A stretch of 64,000 nt of DNA from Desulfobacterales bacterium (GTDB taxonomy: Bacteria; Desulfobacterota; Desulfobacteria; Desulfobacterales; UBA2174): NCBI GenBank assembly GCA_963668645.2, contig CAXXWC010000010.1, positions 96,001-160,000 of the forward strand, written 5' to 3'. Position 1 is the first letter of the stretch, and the number at the start of each line of letters is the position of its first letter. Positions 18,991 to 28,357 of this stretch are shown here, piece by piece. Made by a program: the position numbers and the translations under genes. The notes under the pieces were generated by a model, which saw only the letters and a list, made by a program, of their open reading frames with translations, was not told where the DNA came from and did not search any database.

Positions 18991-21123
18991 CTATTGCAGA
19001 TCAACGGACGCGTCATCAAACGCCTGGTGGGGACGATCCGCCACGACGGGGAAGGTGATGTGGAAGCAGGTGCCGGTGCCCTCCATGCTCTCCACCCGCA
19101 TCCGGCCATGGTAATCTTGCACGATCCCCGAAGAAATCGAAAGCCCCAGGCCCATGCCCTCCCCCATCTCCTTGGTGGTGAAAAACGCCTCGAAGATCCG
19201 CTCCTGATCCTCTTTCGGGATACCGATCCCGTTGTCGCACACTTCTATCGAGGCCTTGTCCCGGTCGTGCCAGGTGCGGATACGGATCCACCGGTCGCCG
19301 CTTTCACCGTCCAATTCAGGTTTCTGGTTGATGGCATCGCGGGCGTTGGTCACCAGGTTGAAAACGACCTGCTGTAAGCGGTTGTGCTGGGCCAGAATCA
19401 GGGGCGGGTCGGCGTCCAGCTCAAGCTCGATACGGATATTCTGCAGGTTTAGCTGCCTGCCGAGCATGCCCAGGACGCTTTGAATCGGCTGGTTGAGGCT
19501 GATCTGCTCCCTGCCGAAATCGCTTTTGCGGCCGAAATCTCTCAACCGTTGAACGATATCGGCGGCGCGGTCCACCTGGCGGCTGATCTCGTCGCCGACC
19601 TGGTGCAAATCTGCCTGCGCGATGGACTGCCCGCCTTCGACCATCATGGCAAGAAAGTCGGCGCCCATCTTGATGGCGTTCAGCGGCTGGTTCAGTTCGT
19701 GGGCAATGCCGGCTGAGACTTCACCGAGGGTTTTCATCTTGCTGACCTGGATCAACTGGTTGTCTTTTTCCACCATCTCGGTGATGTCGGTGGTGGCCAC
19801 GATCAGCGCTTCGCGTTCGGTATAGGCCACCGGGCAGGCATGCACATTGACATAAAATGGAATCTGGCCGCTTCTCAAAAAGCGAACCTTGGAACTGACC
19901 ACCATCGTTTGCCGCAGCCCGGCCATCCCGGCCACCTTGCGCAGATCGGTCTCGATCTCCAGCGCTCCCAGCTCCGGAAAGAGCCGCCCGACAAGCTTCG
20001 CCCGCGGGTACCCGTAAGTTTTTTCGGCGCTGGGATTGGCATCCAGGATCTTTAGCGAATAGCGATCAATGACGAAGATCGGATTCGGTCCACTATCGAA
20101 GAGCGAACGGTATTTTTCTTCGCTTTGATGCAACCGTTCCTGGGAAATGCGGATCCGATAGGTCATGTGAATGAACGAGCTGGCCAGATTGCCCAGTTCG
20201 TCGCGCATGCCGCGGCGATAGACGCCGCAGGTCCTGCAGGTATCGATCTTTTCGGTAAAGGGGCGCGCACGGCCCGTTTCATCCGGGGTCCCGTCGAGAT
20301 GCCAGCAGGGAACGTCGGGCGTGGCCGGTGCCGGGCACTGCCGGGACTTGCAGCTTCTGATCTGCCAGCAGTGCAGGTGCCGGCTGCGGGGCTGGGCCAC
20401 ATCGAAGCTGCCGCGGCTGATGGCATCCGACAAGCGGGTCAGCTCGGATATGGGACGGGTGATGTAGCGGGCCAGAAAGTTGCTGATGATGAAAAAGATC
20501 ACCGTAACCACGGACACGAAACCGACGAAGGTGGTGCGCAGCTTGCCGATCAGTTGATCGATGTGGCGCTTGTCGATGCCCAGGTGGACGCTGCCGATCC
20601 AGTAAATCCCCTCGGTGACCGGGACCGCCACATCGTAGATCTGCTGCGAGCCGTTGCGCAAAAGCCGGATGCTGTTGGCCGCTTCTTCGGCGATGGGGTT
20701 GGCCGCGGCCAGATCGACGGGAAATGGCCGGGTAAAGGTATGGGCCAGAATGCGGCCGCGCTTGTCCAGAACGAAAACATAGCTGACCAGGGCCTTGCGC
20801 TCGCCCAGGCGCACGTCAAAAAGCCGCCCGGTAAGGCTGGCGGCATCGGCGGTCAGGATGTCACTGCGGCTGCTTTCGGCAACGCTCTGGGCGATCCCGA
20901 CCCCCCGCAGCTTCAACTCCGAGGTGAGGCTGGAGATGAGAATCCAGCGGGTGAAAAGGGCGATCAGGACACTGATGAGCAGGATAACGGCGGTGGTGGA
21001 AAAATAGATCTTGTTTTTCAGGCTGATGTGCTCGAAGCGGTCGATGAGCCAACTGAAAAGGCCGCGCCTGGCGGCCGGATATCCAAGGCGGGCCGGTGGA
21101 GTGGTCGTTTCTGGATTAACCAT
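18991..21123 (-). CDS. Membrane sensor histidine kinase (periplasmic domain, HAMP with Cys-rich insert, PAS, HisKA, HATPase)
   Basis: Two TM segments; GIAHELNQPL, NLVTNARDA, DNGIGI, FFTTK..G.GMGLGL. Confidence 0.92.
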   Translation of the reverse strand: MVNPETTTPPARLGYPAARRGLFSWLIDRFEHISLKNKIYFSTTAVILLISVLIALFTRWILISSLTSELKLRGVGIAQSVAESSRSDILTADAASLTGRLFDVRLGERKALVSYVFVLDKRGRILAHTFTRPFPVDLAAANPIAEEAANSIRLLRNGSQQIYDVAVPVTEGIYWIGSVHLGIDKRHIDQLIGKLRTTFVGFVSVVTVIFFIISNFLARYITRPISELTRLSDAISRGSFDVAQPRSRHLHCWQIRSCKSRQCPAPATPDVPCWHLDGTPDETGRARPFTEKIDTCRTCGVYRRGMRDELGNLASSFIHMTYRIRISQERLHQSEEKYRSLFDSGPNPIFVIDRYSLKILDANPSAEKTYGYPRAKLVGRLFPELGALEIETDLRKVAGMAGLRQTMVVSSKVRFLRSGQIPFYVNVHACPVAYTEREALIVATTDITEMVEKDNQLIQVSKMKTLGEVSAGIAHELNQPLNAIKMGADFLAMMVEGGQSIAQADLHQVGDEISRQVDRAADIVQRLRDFGRKSDFGREQISLNQPIQSVLGMLGRQLNLQNIRIELELDADPPLILAQHNRLQQVVFNLVTNARDAINQKPELDGESGDRWIRIRTWHDRDKASIEVCDNGIGIPKEDQERIFEAFFTTKEMGEGMGLGLSISSGIVQDYHGRMRVESMEGTGTCFHITFPVVADRPHQAFDDASVDLQ

Positions 21124-21206
21124 GGAATCAACCTTTATACGAAAATTCCCTCATGGCCGTGGCGCCTGCGGCGGCCCGCGAAGCAATGGCGACGGCCCTT
21201 GGCGGT

Positions 21207-22424
21207 TCAGCGTGCCAAGGTTACGAAGCGTCCCTCACGGAAATGGGTAAAATAGACCCTTTCCAGGCCTTGATGATTGCTCGGGCTGAACGACAGTGTG
21301 TTGTCGATGCCCAGGTCGTAATCGTGAATCGATTCGATGGCATCGATAAACGTCTCGCGGTCCAGGTCGCGGCCGGCTCTTCTCAGCCCCTCGACCAGCA
21401 CCCGCGCATTGATGAATCCTTCCAGGCTGACGAAGTTGGCCCTGTCCTCGGGGTAATAGTGTTTTAAAAGATCCGTATACTGCGCCAGGCTCCATAATCG
21501 TGGATCGGCCGGCGGCGGCTCGGGGGGCGGAACCACCTGGGTAACGATGATCCCCTCGGCCAGGGGACCGAGCCGGCGGGCCAGTTCGTCGGCACCCACG
21601 AAACTCACGCTGCAAAAGACCGGCGCATATCCCCTGGCGTGGGATAGCGTGATGAAACGGGCGCAAGGCTCATAGGTGCCGATCATCACCACGGCCTGGG
21701 CCCCGGCAGCCATAATTTTTTCAAGCGCTTCGGCAACCTCCAGCGTGCCGCGGATGTAGGTGGCCGTGGCCACGGGCACTTTCCCGAAGGCCTTGAGCGC
21801 CAGCTCCGTGCCGCGCAACCCATCGAAACCATAGGCATCGTACTGGTAAAAAACGCCGATTTCGTGCAATCCCAGGGTCTGGACCAGGTGATGCACCGCG
21901 GCACCGGTTTCCTGATAGTAAGAGGCGCGTACGTTGATCACGTAGCGCCGCGCCGGTTCGCGCAGGTCGTGGGCGCCGGTAAAGACCCCCACCAGTGGGA
22001 TGCGGGCCTCTTCGATGAGCGGCAGCACCTTGACCGTGGTGGGCGTGCCCACGTAGCCGAAAAGGGCGAAAACCCGGTCCTCGATGATCAGGCGCTGGGT
22101 GTTGTAAACGCACCGGGGCGGATCGTACCCGTCGTCATAGGCCAGGATACGGATCTTGCGGCCGTGCACCCCGCCTTCGGCGTTGACATGGTTGATGTAG
22201 GCCAGGGCTCCGTGCAGAATCTGGGTGCCGAGGTAGCCGGCATGGCCGGCCAGGGCCAGAGAAGAGCCGATCAGCACCTCTTCGGGGAAAACGCCTTGAA
22301 CGACTTCGGTTTTGGGGGCGGCATCCTCCGGTTGCCGGCAACCGGAAAAGATGCCGATCGAGGCCAGCAGCAGTATTGACAGGAGCGCGGCAACGGCCGG
22401 TGGCGGCAACGGGCTGCGTACCAT
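21207..22424 (-). CDS. Periplasmic substrate-binding lipoprotein (LivJ/branched-chain type)
   Basis: IFSGC lipobox-like; IN..GGVHGRKI, DDGYDP, GYVGTPT; ATG at 22424 with GAGAGG RBS. Confidence 0.85.
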   Translation of the reverse strand: MVRSPLPPPAVAALLSILLLASIGIFSGCRQPEDAAPKTEVVQGVFPEEVLIGSSLALAGHAGYLGTQILHGALAYINHVNAEGGVHGRKIRILAYDDGYDPPRCVYNTQRLIIEDRVFALFGYVGTPTTVKVLPLIEEARIPLVGVFTGAHDLREPARRYVINVRASYYQETGAAVHHLVQTLGLHEIGVFYQYDAYGFDGLRGTELALKAFGKVPVATATYIRGTLEVAEALEKIMAAGAQAVVMIGTYEPCARFITLSHARGYAPVFCSVSFVGADELARRLGPLAEGIIVTQVVPPPEPPPADPRLWSLAQYTDLLKHYYPEDRANFVSLEGFINARVLVEGLRRAGRDLDRETFIDAIESIHDYDLGIDNTLSFSPSNHQGLERVYFTHFREGRFVTLAR

Positions 22425-22432
22425 CGGGCCTC

Positions 22433-23035
22433 TCAAGGTCCGTTTTGCAGACCGGCCAAGGCCTCGACAATGGTCTCGAGCTTTGGCCGCACGTTGATGT
22501 CTTCGACATGGATCCGGCGGATGATGCCGTTCTTGTCGATGAAGATCAGGGCCCGCTCGGCAGTCCCGTCGCTGCGTAAAAGCCCGTAGCGCTCGGCCAC
22601 CTGTCCATGGGGCCAGAAATCCGAAAGGACCGGGAACCAGATCTTGCCCATCTGCCGGGTCCAGGCATAGAGGGTCGGGATGTTGTCCACCGAGATGCCC
22701 AGAATCACTGCATCGTAGCGCTCGAAAAGGCTGCGGGCGATGGTGTAGCCGGGCCACTGGTCCGAACAGACCGGGGTCCAGGCCGCGGGCACGAACGAAA
22801 TCATAACGTTTTTCCTGCCCCGGAAGCTGCTGAGGCGAACCGGTGCACCGCCGATCGACAGAAGAATGAAATCCGGCGCCTCCTGGCCCTCGGCCACCTT
22901 GAGCCGGCTGTCGATGGGTTTAAGCTTTCCGACCTGGAAAATGTTATCCCTGAAGGCGGTCGATTCGCCCCAGGCCGGCGTCACGAGGAGTGCCATGAAA
23001 ATCGCGGCCAACGACAACCGTCGGTACCATTTCAT
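22433..23035 (-). CDS. Exported peroxiredoxin-like protein (AhpC/TSA)
   Basis: Signal peptide; APDF.L, PAAWTPVC (PxxxTxxC), GISVD, LSDFWPHG, ERA. Confidence 0.85.
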   Translation of the reverse strand: MKWYRRLSLAAIFMALLVTPAWGESTAFRDNIFQVGKLKPIDSRLKVAEGQEAPDFILLSIGGAPVRLSSFRGRKNVMISFVPAAWTPVCSDQWPGYTIARSLFERYDAVILGISVDNIPTLYAWTRQMGKIWFPVLSDFWPHGQVAERYGLLRSDGTAERALIFIDKNGIIRRIHVEDINVRPKLETIVEALAGLQNGP

Positions 23036-23065
23036 CGTTTTCCCCCTTGGTCTTTAAAACCGGTC

Positions 23066-23635
23066 CTAATCACCCAATCCGGATTTTTTCAAAATGGAGC
23101 GCAAAAAACCGGCCGGGTCCCCAAATCCCCCCAGCCGGGTGTCAACGATCTCCATTTTCCCGTCCGCCTCGCGCCGCAAAACCAGAAAATACGGCGTCCG
23201 CGGTTTTTTCAGGGCCTTGTGAATCACGAAATCCCCGTCGGCAAACAGCGGAAAGGGGATCTCATAGGTTTCACGGAAGAAATTGACCTCGTACGGCGAG
23301 TTGCCCACCCCGATGCCGATAAGCTTGACCGTATCGCGCCACCGCTCGTTTTCGTGCAGGAGCCGGTAGAGGCGGTTGACCACGGGCGCTTCGCGCTGGC
23401 AGTGGGGGCAGTACATGCTGAAAATCTCAACGATGACCAGCCGGGCATCGATATCCTGGAGTTCAAAGGCCCCAGCGCCTTTCAGCCCCAGGTAGGCTTT
23501 GAGGGCCGGATCCTGCGGGGCTGCCAGGACCAAATCCGGCATCGCATCGCCCCTGCCCACAGGATCGTCGGCGGCAGCGGCCGATCCCAGCAATAGAATA
23601 ATCGGCAAGACGCGCAGGATCATATGGCAACGCAT
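23066..23635 (-). CDS. Exported TlpA-like thiol-disulfide oxidoreductase
   Basis: Signal peptide; FSMYCPHCQREAP (CxxC); cis-Pro TP motif. Confidence 0.85.
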   Translation of the reverse strand: MRCHMILRVLPIILLLGSAAAADDPVGRGDAMPDLVLAAPQDPALKAYLGLKGAGAFELQDIDARLVIVEIFSMYCPHCQREAPVVNRLYRLLHENERWRDTVKLIGIGVGNSPYEVNFFRETYEIPFPLFADGDFVIHKALKKPRTPYFLVLRREADGKMEIVDTRLGGFGDPAGFLRSILKKSGLGD

Positions 23636-23671
23636 ACCATCACCTCCACGGTTGAGGGTTGGACTCGTTCG

Positions 23672-23700
23672 ATTCTAGTTTCTTTTTTAGCGCAGGTCAA
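23672..23700 (-). promoter_or_regulatory. sigma70 promoter of the TlpA - peroxiredoxin - binding protein - kinase operon
   Basis: Minus strand TTGACC-17 bp-TAGAAT. Confidence 0.65.
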
Positions 23701-23785
23701 ATCCTGGCCTGAATTTGATGGCCCGGGCAGCGGTGAGGGTCGAAATCCCCTTAGCCTTCAGGAAGCCGGATCCGGCCCCAAAAGG

Positions 23786-25378
23786 TTATCCTGCCGGTGA
23801 GGTTGCCAGGGCCTGGGCCACGCGCCGGGCCACGTTCTGCCCGTCCAGGGCCGCCGACACGATCCCCCCCGCATACCCGGCCCCTTCGCCGCAGGGATAG
23901 AGGCCGTTGAAATCCGGGGCCATCAGGCTCACCGGGTCGCGCAGAATGCGCACCGGGGCGCTGGTGCGCGACTCCACCGCCAGGACCAGGGCCGACTCGG
24001 TCAAAAATCCTTTACAGCGACGGCCGAAAAACTCCATGGCGGCCTGGAGGCGGCGGGTGATGAATGGCGGCAAAAGCGCATCCACCGGGGCTGCCACACA
24101 TCCCGGGGTGTATGAGCTGGGCGGCAGATCGGCCGAAATCTTTCCGGCCACAAAATCGGTCATGCGCTGGGCCGGCGCTTGGAGGCCGCCGCCGGCAGCA
24201 CTGTAAACCGCCTCTTCCACCCGGGCCTGGAAGTCCAACGCGGCCAGCGGATCCCCGGGCCGCAGGCCGGGGATATCCTCAAGACGGATCTCCACCACCA
24301 GCCCGGCGTTGGCCTGGGGGGCGCAGCGGCCGGACATGCTCATCCCGTTGACCACCAACTCTCCCGGAGCCGTGGAAGCCGGAATGACGTAGCCTCCGGG
24401 GCACATGCAAAAAGAAAAGACCCCCCGGTCCTCGATCTGGGTCGTCAGGCGGTAAGTGGCGGGCGGCAGTTGGGCCGGGCGCCGTGCCATGCGGTACTGG
24501 ATGCGGTCGATCAGTTCCTGGGGATGCTCCAGGCGCACGCCCAGGGCGAAGGGCTTGGCTTCCAGGCGCACCCCGCGCCGATCCAGCATCCGGTACACAT
24601 CCCGGGCCGAATGACCGGTGGCCAGGATCACCGCGGCCGCCGGCCACTCCCGTCCATCGGCGGTGGCCACCCCCCGGATCCGGCCCTGAAGTTGAACGAG
24701 ATCCACGACCCTCTGGGAAAAATGCACCTCTCCGCCGGCCTGCAGGATGGTCCGGCGCATCTGCGCCACGATGCGCGGCAGCCGGTTGGAGCCGATATGC
24801 GGGTGCGCGTCGACCAGGATGTCCGGATCGGCCCCATGGGCCACCAGGCACCCCAGGATCCGGCCCACATCGCCGCGCTTGGTGGAGCGGGTATAGAGCT
24901 TGCCGTCCGAATAGGCCCCTGCCCCGCCCTCGCCGAAGCCGTAATTCGAGTCCGGGGCCACCGCGCCGGCCCGATGCAGCCGGGCGATGTCATAGCGCCG
25001 GGTCTTGACGTCAAGGCCTCTTTCGAGGACCAGAGGCCGGATTCCGCGGGCCAGCAGCTCCAGAGCGGCGAAATAGCCGGCCGGACCGGCCCCCACGATC
25101 ACCACCGGCGGGTTCCGGTGCCGGGCCGGGGCCAGGGGAGGCGGCGGCGCGGGAAGCGCCACAGCGGCCGCGGCAGGCCCGATCCCCACCACCAGTTCGT
25201 AGCAGGGCGGTTTGGGCCGGGCATCGAGGCTGCGGCGCAGGATGCGATAGGGGGGCAGCGCTTCGGGGTCGTCAAGACCCAGCCGATGGGCGAGCCGCTG
25301 CGCCAGATAGGCCTTGTCCAGGATCTGCGCCGCAGCGATGCGCAGGGTGATACGGTCCGTGTTCGGCTTTCGGATCAT
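23786..25378 (-). CDS. Uncharacterised FAD-dependent oxidoreductase
   Basis: IVGAGPAG, FGEGGAG.YSDGKL, PHIG, ATGHSARD, FCMCPGG, GEGAGYAGGI.SAA.DG. Confidence 0.88.
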   Translation of the reverse strand: MIRKPNTDRITLRIAAAQILDKAYLAQRLAHRLGLDDPEALPPYRILRRSLDARPKPPCYELVVGIGPAAAAVALPAPPPPLAPARHRNPPVVIVGAGPAGYFAALELLARGIRPLVLERGLDVKTRRYDIARLHRAGAVAPDSNYGFGEGGAGAYSDGKLYTRSTKRGDVGRILGCLVAHGADPDILVDAHPHIGSNRLPRIVAQMRRTILQAGGEVHFSQRVVDLVQLQGRIRGVATADGREWPAAAVILATGHSARDVYRMLDRRGVRLEAKPFALGVRLEHPQELIDRIQYRMARRPAQLPPATYRLTTQIEDRGVFSFCMCPGGYVIPASTAPGELVVNGMSMSGRCAPQANAGLVVEIRLEDIPGLRPGDPLAALDFQARVEEAVYSAAGGGLQAPAQRMTDFVAGKISADLPPSSYTPGCVAAPVDALLPPFITRRLQAAMEFFGRRCKGFLTESALVLAVESRTSAPVRILRDPVSLMAPDFNGLYPCGEGAGYAGGIVSAALDGQNVARRVAQALATSPAG

Positions 25379-25466
25379 AGGGCGTCTTTACAGAAACCTC
25401 TGATTGGTATATGGAGCCGCCCACAGCGGCACTGGAAACTTCTCACCCAAGGATGTGGAATCGATC

Positions 25467-25790
25467 ATGGATGCCTTGTCTGGATCTCAACGCAAATATC
25501 TGCGCGCTTTGGCCCACCGGCTCAAGCCGGTGGTCTTGATCGGCCAGCAAGGCCTCAGCGACAGCCTGATCGCATCGGTGGACGCCGGCCTGCAGCGCCA
25601 CGAACTGATCAAGGTGCACTTTAACGAGTTCAAGGAAAAACCGATCAAGGCCGAACTGAGCCAGGCCCTGGCCCAGCGCACCGGCGCCCACATGGTGGGA
25701 TTGATCGGCCACACGGCCATTTTTTACAGGCCCCACCCAAAAGAGGAAAAACGGCGCATCAAGCTTCCCGGTCCGATGAAAACCGCCTGA
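25467..25790 (+). CDS. yhbY: CRM-domain RNA-binding protein (YhbY family)
   Basis: Q..YLR.LAH.LKPV..IG..GL, HELIKV, IGH..I.YR. Confidence 0.9.
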   Translation: MDALSGSQRKYLRALAHRLKPVVLIGQQGLSDSLIASVDAGLQRHELIKVHFNEFKEKPIKAELSQALAQRTGAHMVGLIGHTAIFYRPHPKEEKRRIKLPGPMKTA

Positions 25791-25859
25791 TCGATCCCGG
25801 CACTTCATGTTTTGCTGCACGGACATTTTCCGGCCAACTCCAGCAACGATACCGCCGGC

Positions 25860-26813
25860 TCAGAAATTCACGGCCTTTTTCCGTCGGCCGTCTCCGGCGG
25901 CACCGACCCGGGTGGCCGCCGTGGCATCGGCCGAATAGAGGGCCAGGGCGATCCAGATGAGCACGAAGGTGAGCCAACGCGTCGTTCCCACCGGTTCGTG
26001 GTAGCGCCATACGGCCAGCAGGAACATGCAACTGGGGGCAATATACTGCAGCAAACCGATGGTGGCCAGATGCAAACGCCGGGCCCCGAGGTTGAAGAGC
26101 AAAAGCGGCAAGGCGGTCATCATGGCGCTGCCGCAAAGCAGCAGATCGATCTGCCGGCCGGCATGCAGGAAAGACCCCCGGCCGGCTGCTTCCAGGTAGA
26201 CCAGTACGGCCAGCGAGGGGATCGACAAAAGCAGGGTTTCCACCGTCAGGCCCACCAGGGCGCCGACCGCGGCCATCTTACGCACCAGCCCGTAAATGCC
26301 GAAGCTCAGCGCCAGCGCCAGAGATATCCAGGGGATGTGTCCGTACTGGACCGTCTGCACGGCGACACCCAGGGTCGCCAGGGCCACGGCCCGGCGTTGC
26401 AGCGGACGCAGCCGTTCGCCGAGAAAAGTGACGCCGAGAAGCACGTTGATCAACGGATTGATATAATAGCCCAGACTTGCTTCCAGCATATGGCCGTTGT
26501 TTACGGCCCAGACATATATCAACCAGTTGGCGGCCACCAGCAGCGACGTGACCCCCATCAGGGTCAAAATCCGCGGCTGCATAAGGGCCCGCTTGAGGTC
26601 GTCGTTGCGGCCAGAGGCCACCACCAGCGGCAACAGGGCGACCAGGGACCAGACGATGCGGTGAAGAATGATCTCCACCGGCGGCACTTCGGCAATCAGT
26701 TTCCAATAAAGCGGGCTTAAGCCCCAGATGGAAAAGGCGCTAGCTGCGTAGACCAGGCCCCAAGACGCGGGAGTCGCGGGGCAAGATTTGAATTTCAAAG
26801 AAAAAGTTGCCAT
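25860..26813 (-). CDS. rarD: EamA-family transporter RarD
   Basis: WGL.PLYWK, HRIVWS, NW.IYVWAVN.G..LEASLGYYINPL, GLLQYIAP. Confidence 0.93.
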   Translation of the reverse strand: MATFSLKFKSCPATPASWGLVYAASAFSIWGLSPLYWKLIAEVPPVEIILHRIVWSLVALLPLVVASGRNDDLKRALMQPRILTLMGVTSLLVAANWLIYVWAVNNGHMLEASLGYYINPLINVLLGVTFLGERLRPLQRRAVALATLGVAVQTVQYGHIPWISLALALSFGIYGLVRKMAAVGALVGLTVETLLLSIPSLAVLVYLEAAGRGSFLHAGRQIDLLLCGSAMMTALPLLLFNLGARRLHLATIGLLQYIAPSCMFLLAVWRYHEPVGTTRWLTFVLIWIALALYSADATAATRVGAAGDGRRKKAVNF

Positions 26814-26972
26814 ATACTCCCGTTACCCGGCGGCCCCCGTACATGGCGACGCCCGGTCCAAAATTTTTCATGCCGAATCTACTCATCGCCCAGTGCTAAA
26901 AAATATATAGCAATATCAGATATATGCCCGCCAGCTCGTCTTTTGCGGCAAAATGAGGATATCAAGAATTTC

Positions 26973-27001
26973 TTGACAAAAGAAAGACTTACCATTAGTA
27001 A
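26973..27001 (+). promoter_or_regulatory. Putative sigma70 promoter for the IHF gene
   Basis: TTGACA (26973), 17-bp spacer, TAGTAA (26996), in an AT-rich intergenic region. Confidence 0.5.
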
Positions 27002-27097
27002 ATTTTTGTTCGCTGCCAAATAGCGACGAGCCCTTGACCCGTTGGTCGCCCCAGGGCCTACCGGTATTTACCTTATCACAACAGGAGTATCGCACCG

Positions 27098-27385
27098 ATG
27101 ACGCTCACCAAGGCAGACATCGTCGACGCCCTTCCGGATCAACTCGGTCTTCCGCGTAACCGTTGCGCCGAGATTGTAGAAACCTTGCTCGAGATCATGA
27201 AACGCACCATGGAAAGCGGCGAGGATATTCTGATCAGTGGGTTCGGCAAGTTCTGCGTCAATGAAAAAAAAGCCCGCAAGGGACGCAATCCGGCCACCGG
27301 CGAACCGATGATGCTGTCCCAGCGGCGGGTCGTTGTCTTCCGCTGTTCCAATATCCTGCGCGAAAAGGTCAACGGCAATCGATAG
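27098..27385 (+). CDS. ihfA: Integration host factor alpha-type subunit
   Basis: MTLTKADI, ISGFGKF.V..K..R.GRNP.TGE, RRVV.F; AGGAG RBS. Confidence 0.9.
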   Translation: MTLTKADIVDALPDQLGLPRNRCAEIVETLLEIMKRTMESGEDILISGFGKFCVNEKKARKGRNPATGEPMMLSQRRVVVFRCSNILREKVNGNR

Positions 27386-27414
27386 GCATCGATTTTCTGA
27401 AGGCTATCCACCAG

Positions 27415-27457
27415 CGCGTTTTCAGGTTCCCGGCCAAAGGCTCTGAAAACGCGTTTT
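27415..27457 (+). terminator. Possible terminator after ihfA
   Basis: CGCGTTTTCAG / CTGAAAACGCG 11-bp inverted repeat followed by TTTT. Confidence 0.5.
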
Positions 27458-27509
27458 AAGTTTTCTAGAGGAAAAACCGAGGTGCCGTTTCGGCCGGCCG
27501 GAATCAGCC

Positions 27510-28052
27510 ATGAGCTTCGAGGAAAATCATCCCGTCGTCCAGCAGATGCTCGCCGAGCTGTATCGGCGCACCGGCGGGAATCCTTCGGCCAAGGCCTCCA
27601 TGTATGACCTGGGCCAGGCCGCCGGCATCGACCGGGGGGATGCCCAAGAGGCCGGCCAGGCCCTGATCGGCGCCGGCCTGGCAACCATCGTCTCTCTGTC
27701 CGGGAGCATCAGCATCACCCCTGAAGGGGTGGCCCGGATCGAGGCCGACGGCCCGCCGGCGGGCAAAACGGCCGCCGTTCGACTGGGTGCGGAAACGGTC
27801 CTGTCCGGCGAGGCGCGCCAGGCCCTGGAAGCTGCCACGGCCCTGCTCAAAAGCCAGGCGAGCCAGCGCGGCTGGGCCTTCGGCCTGCTCAGCGAGATGA
27901 TGGCCGACCTCAAGACCCTCGATGCCCAGCTTCAATCCCCGAGGCCCAAGACCGATATCGTTCGGGCCTGCCTGCAATCCATCGCCGCGCTTCTCTCGCG
28001 CACCGATGCCCGGGACCTGCGTGATCCGGTAACCACCCTGCTGGGAAACTAG
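27510..28052 (+). CDS. Hypothetical protein: possible N-terminal winged helix plus C-terminal helical domain
   Basis: Coherent ORF; L...GL......G.I.IT.EG pattern resembles a winged-helix wing. Confidence 0.6.
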   Translation: MSFEENHPVVQQMLAELYRRTGGNPSAKASMYDLGQAAGIDRGDAQEAGQALIGAGLATIVSLSGSISITPEGVARIEADGPPAGKTAAVRLGAETVLSGEARQALEAATALLKSQASQRGWAFGLLSEMMADLKTLDAQLQSPRPKTDIVRACLQSIAALLSRTDARDLRDPVTTLLGN

Positions 28053-28065
28053 GTGCCGGCCGCAG

Positions 28066-28356
28066 TCACGCGGCCAGACCGCGGAAAGCCGACACCAGGG
28101 TCCAGATTCCGGCCACCAGAAAAAAGGTGCCGGCGGCGAATTTGATCGCCACCGGCGGAATCACACGGCCTATGGCATCACCGAAAACCACCGCCAGCAG
28201 AGCGCTGAGCACAAGCGCCGACGCCGAGCCGAAAAACACGGACCAGCGGGACCCTTCACAGTCCGCCGAAAGGCAGAAGGTCGCCACCTGGGTCTTGTCG
28301 CCCAGTTCCGCCAGGAACACCATCCCGAAGGTCGTCAGCAGTATCTTCAGATCCAT
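28066..28356 (-). CDS. Half-size TMEM165/GDT1 (UPF0016) membrane protein
   Basis: FLAELGDKTQ signature; three hydrophobic segments. Confidence 0.9.
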   Translation of the reverse strand: MDLKILLTTFGMVFLAELGDKTQVATFCLSADCEGSRWSVFFGSASALVLSALLAVVFGDAIGRVIPPVAIKFAAGTFFLVAGIWTLVSAFRGLAA

Positions 28357-28357
28357 C

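Noticed and set aside
21207..22757. N-terminal extensions in the ORF track for the binding protein (and for tkt, fdhE, the MBL hydrolase, yhbY, purF)
   Set aside because: The extensions overlap neighbouring genes or lack an RBS; internal ATGs with an RBS or signal peptide fit better
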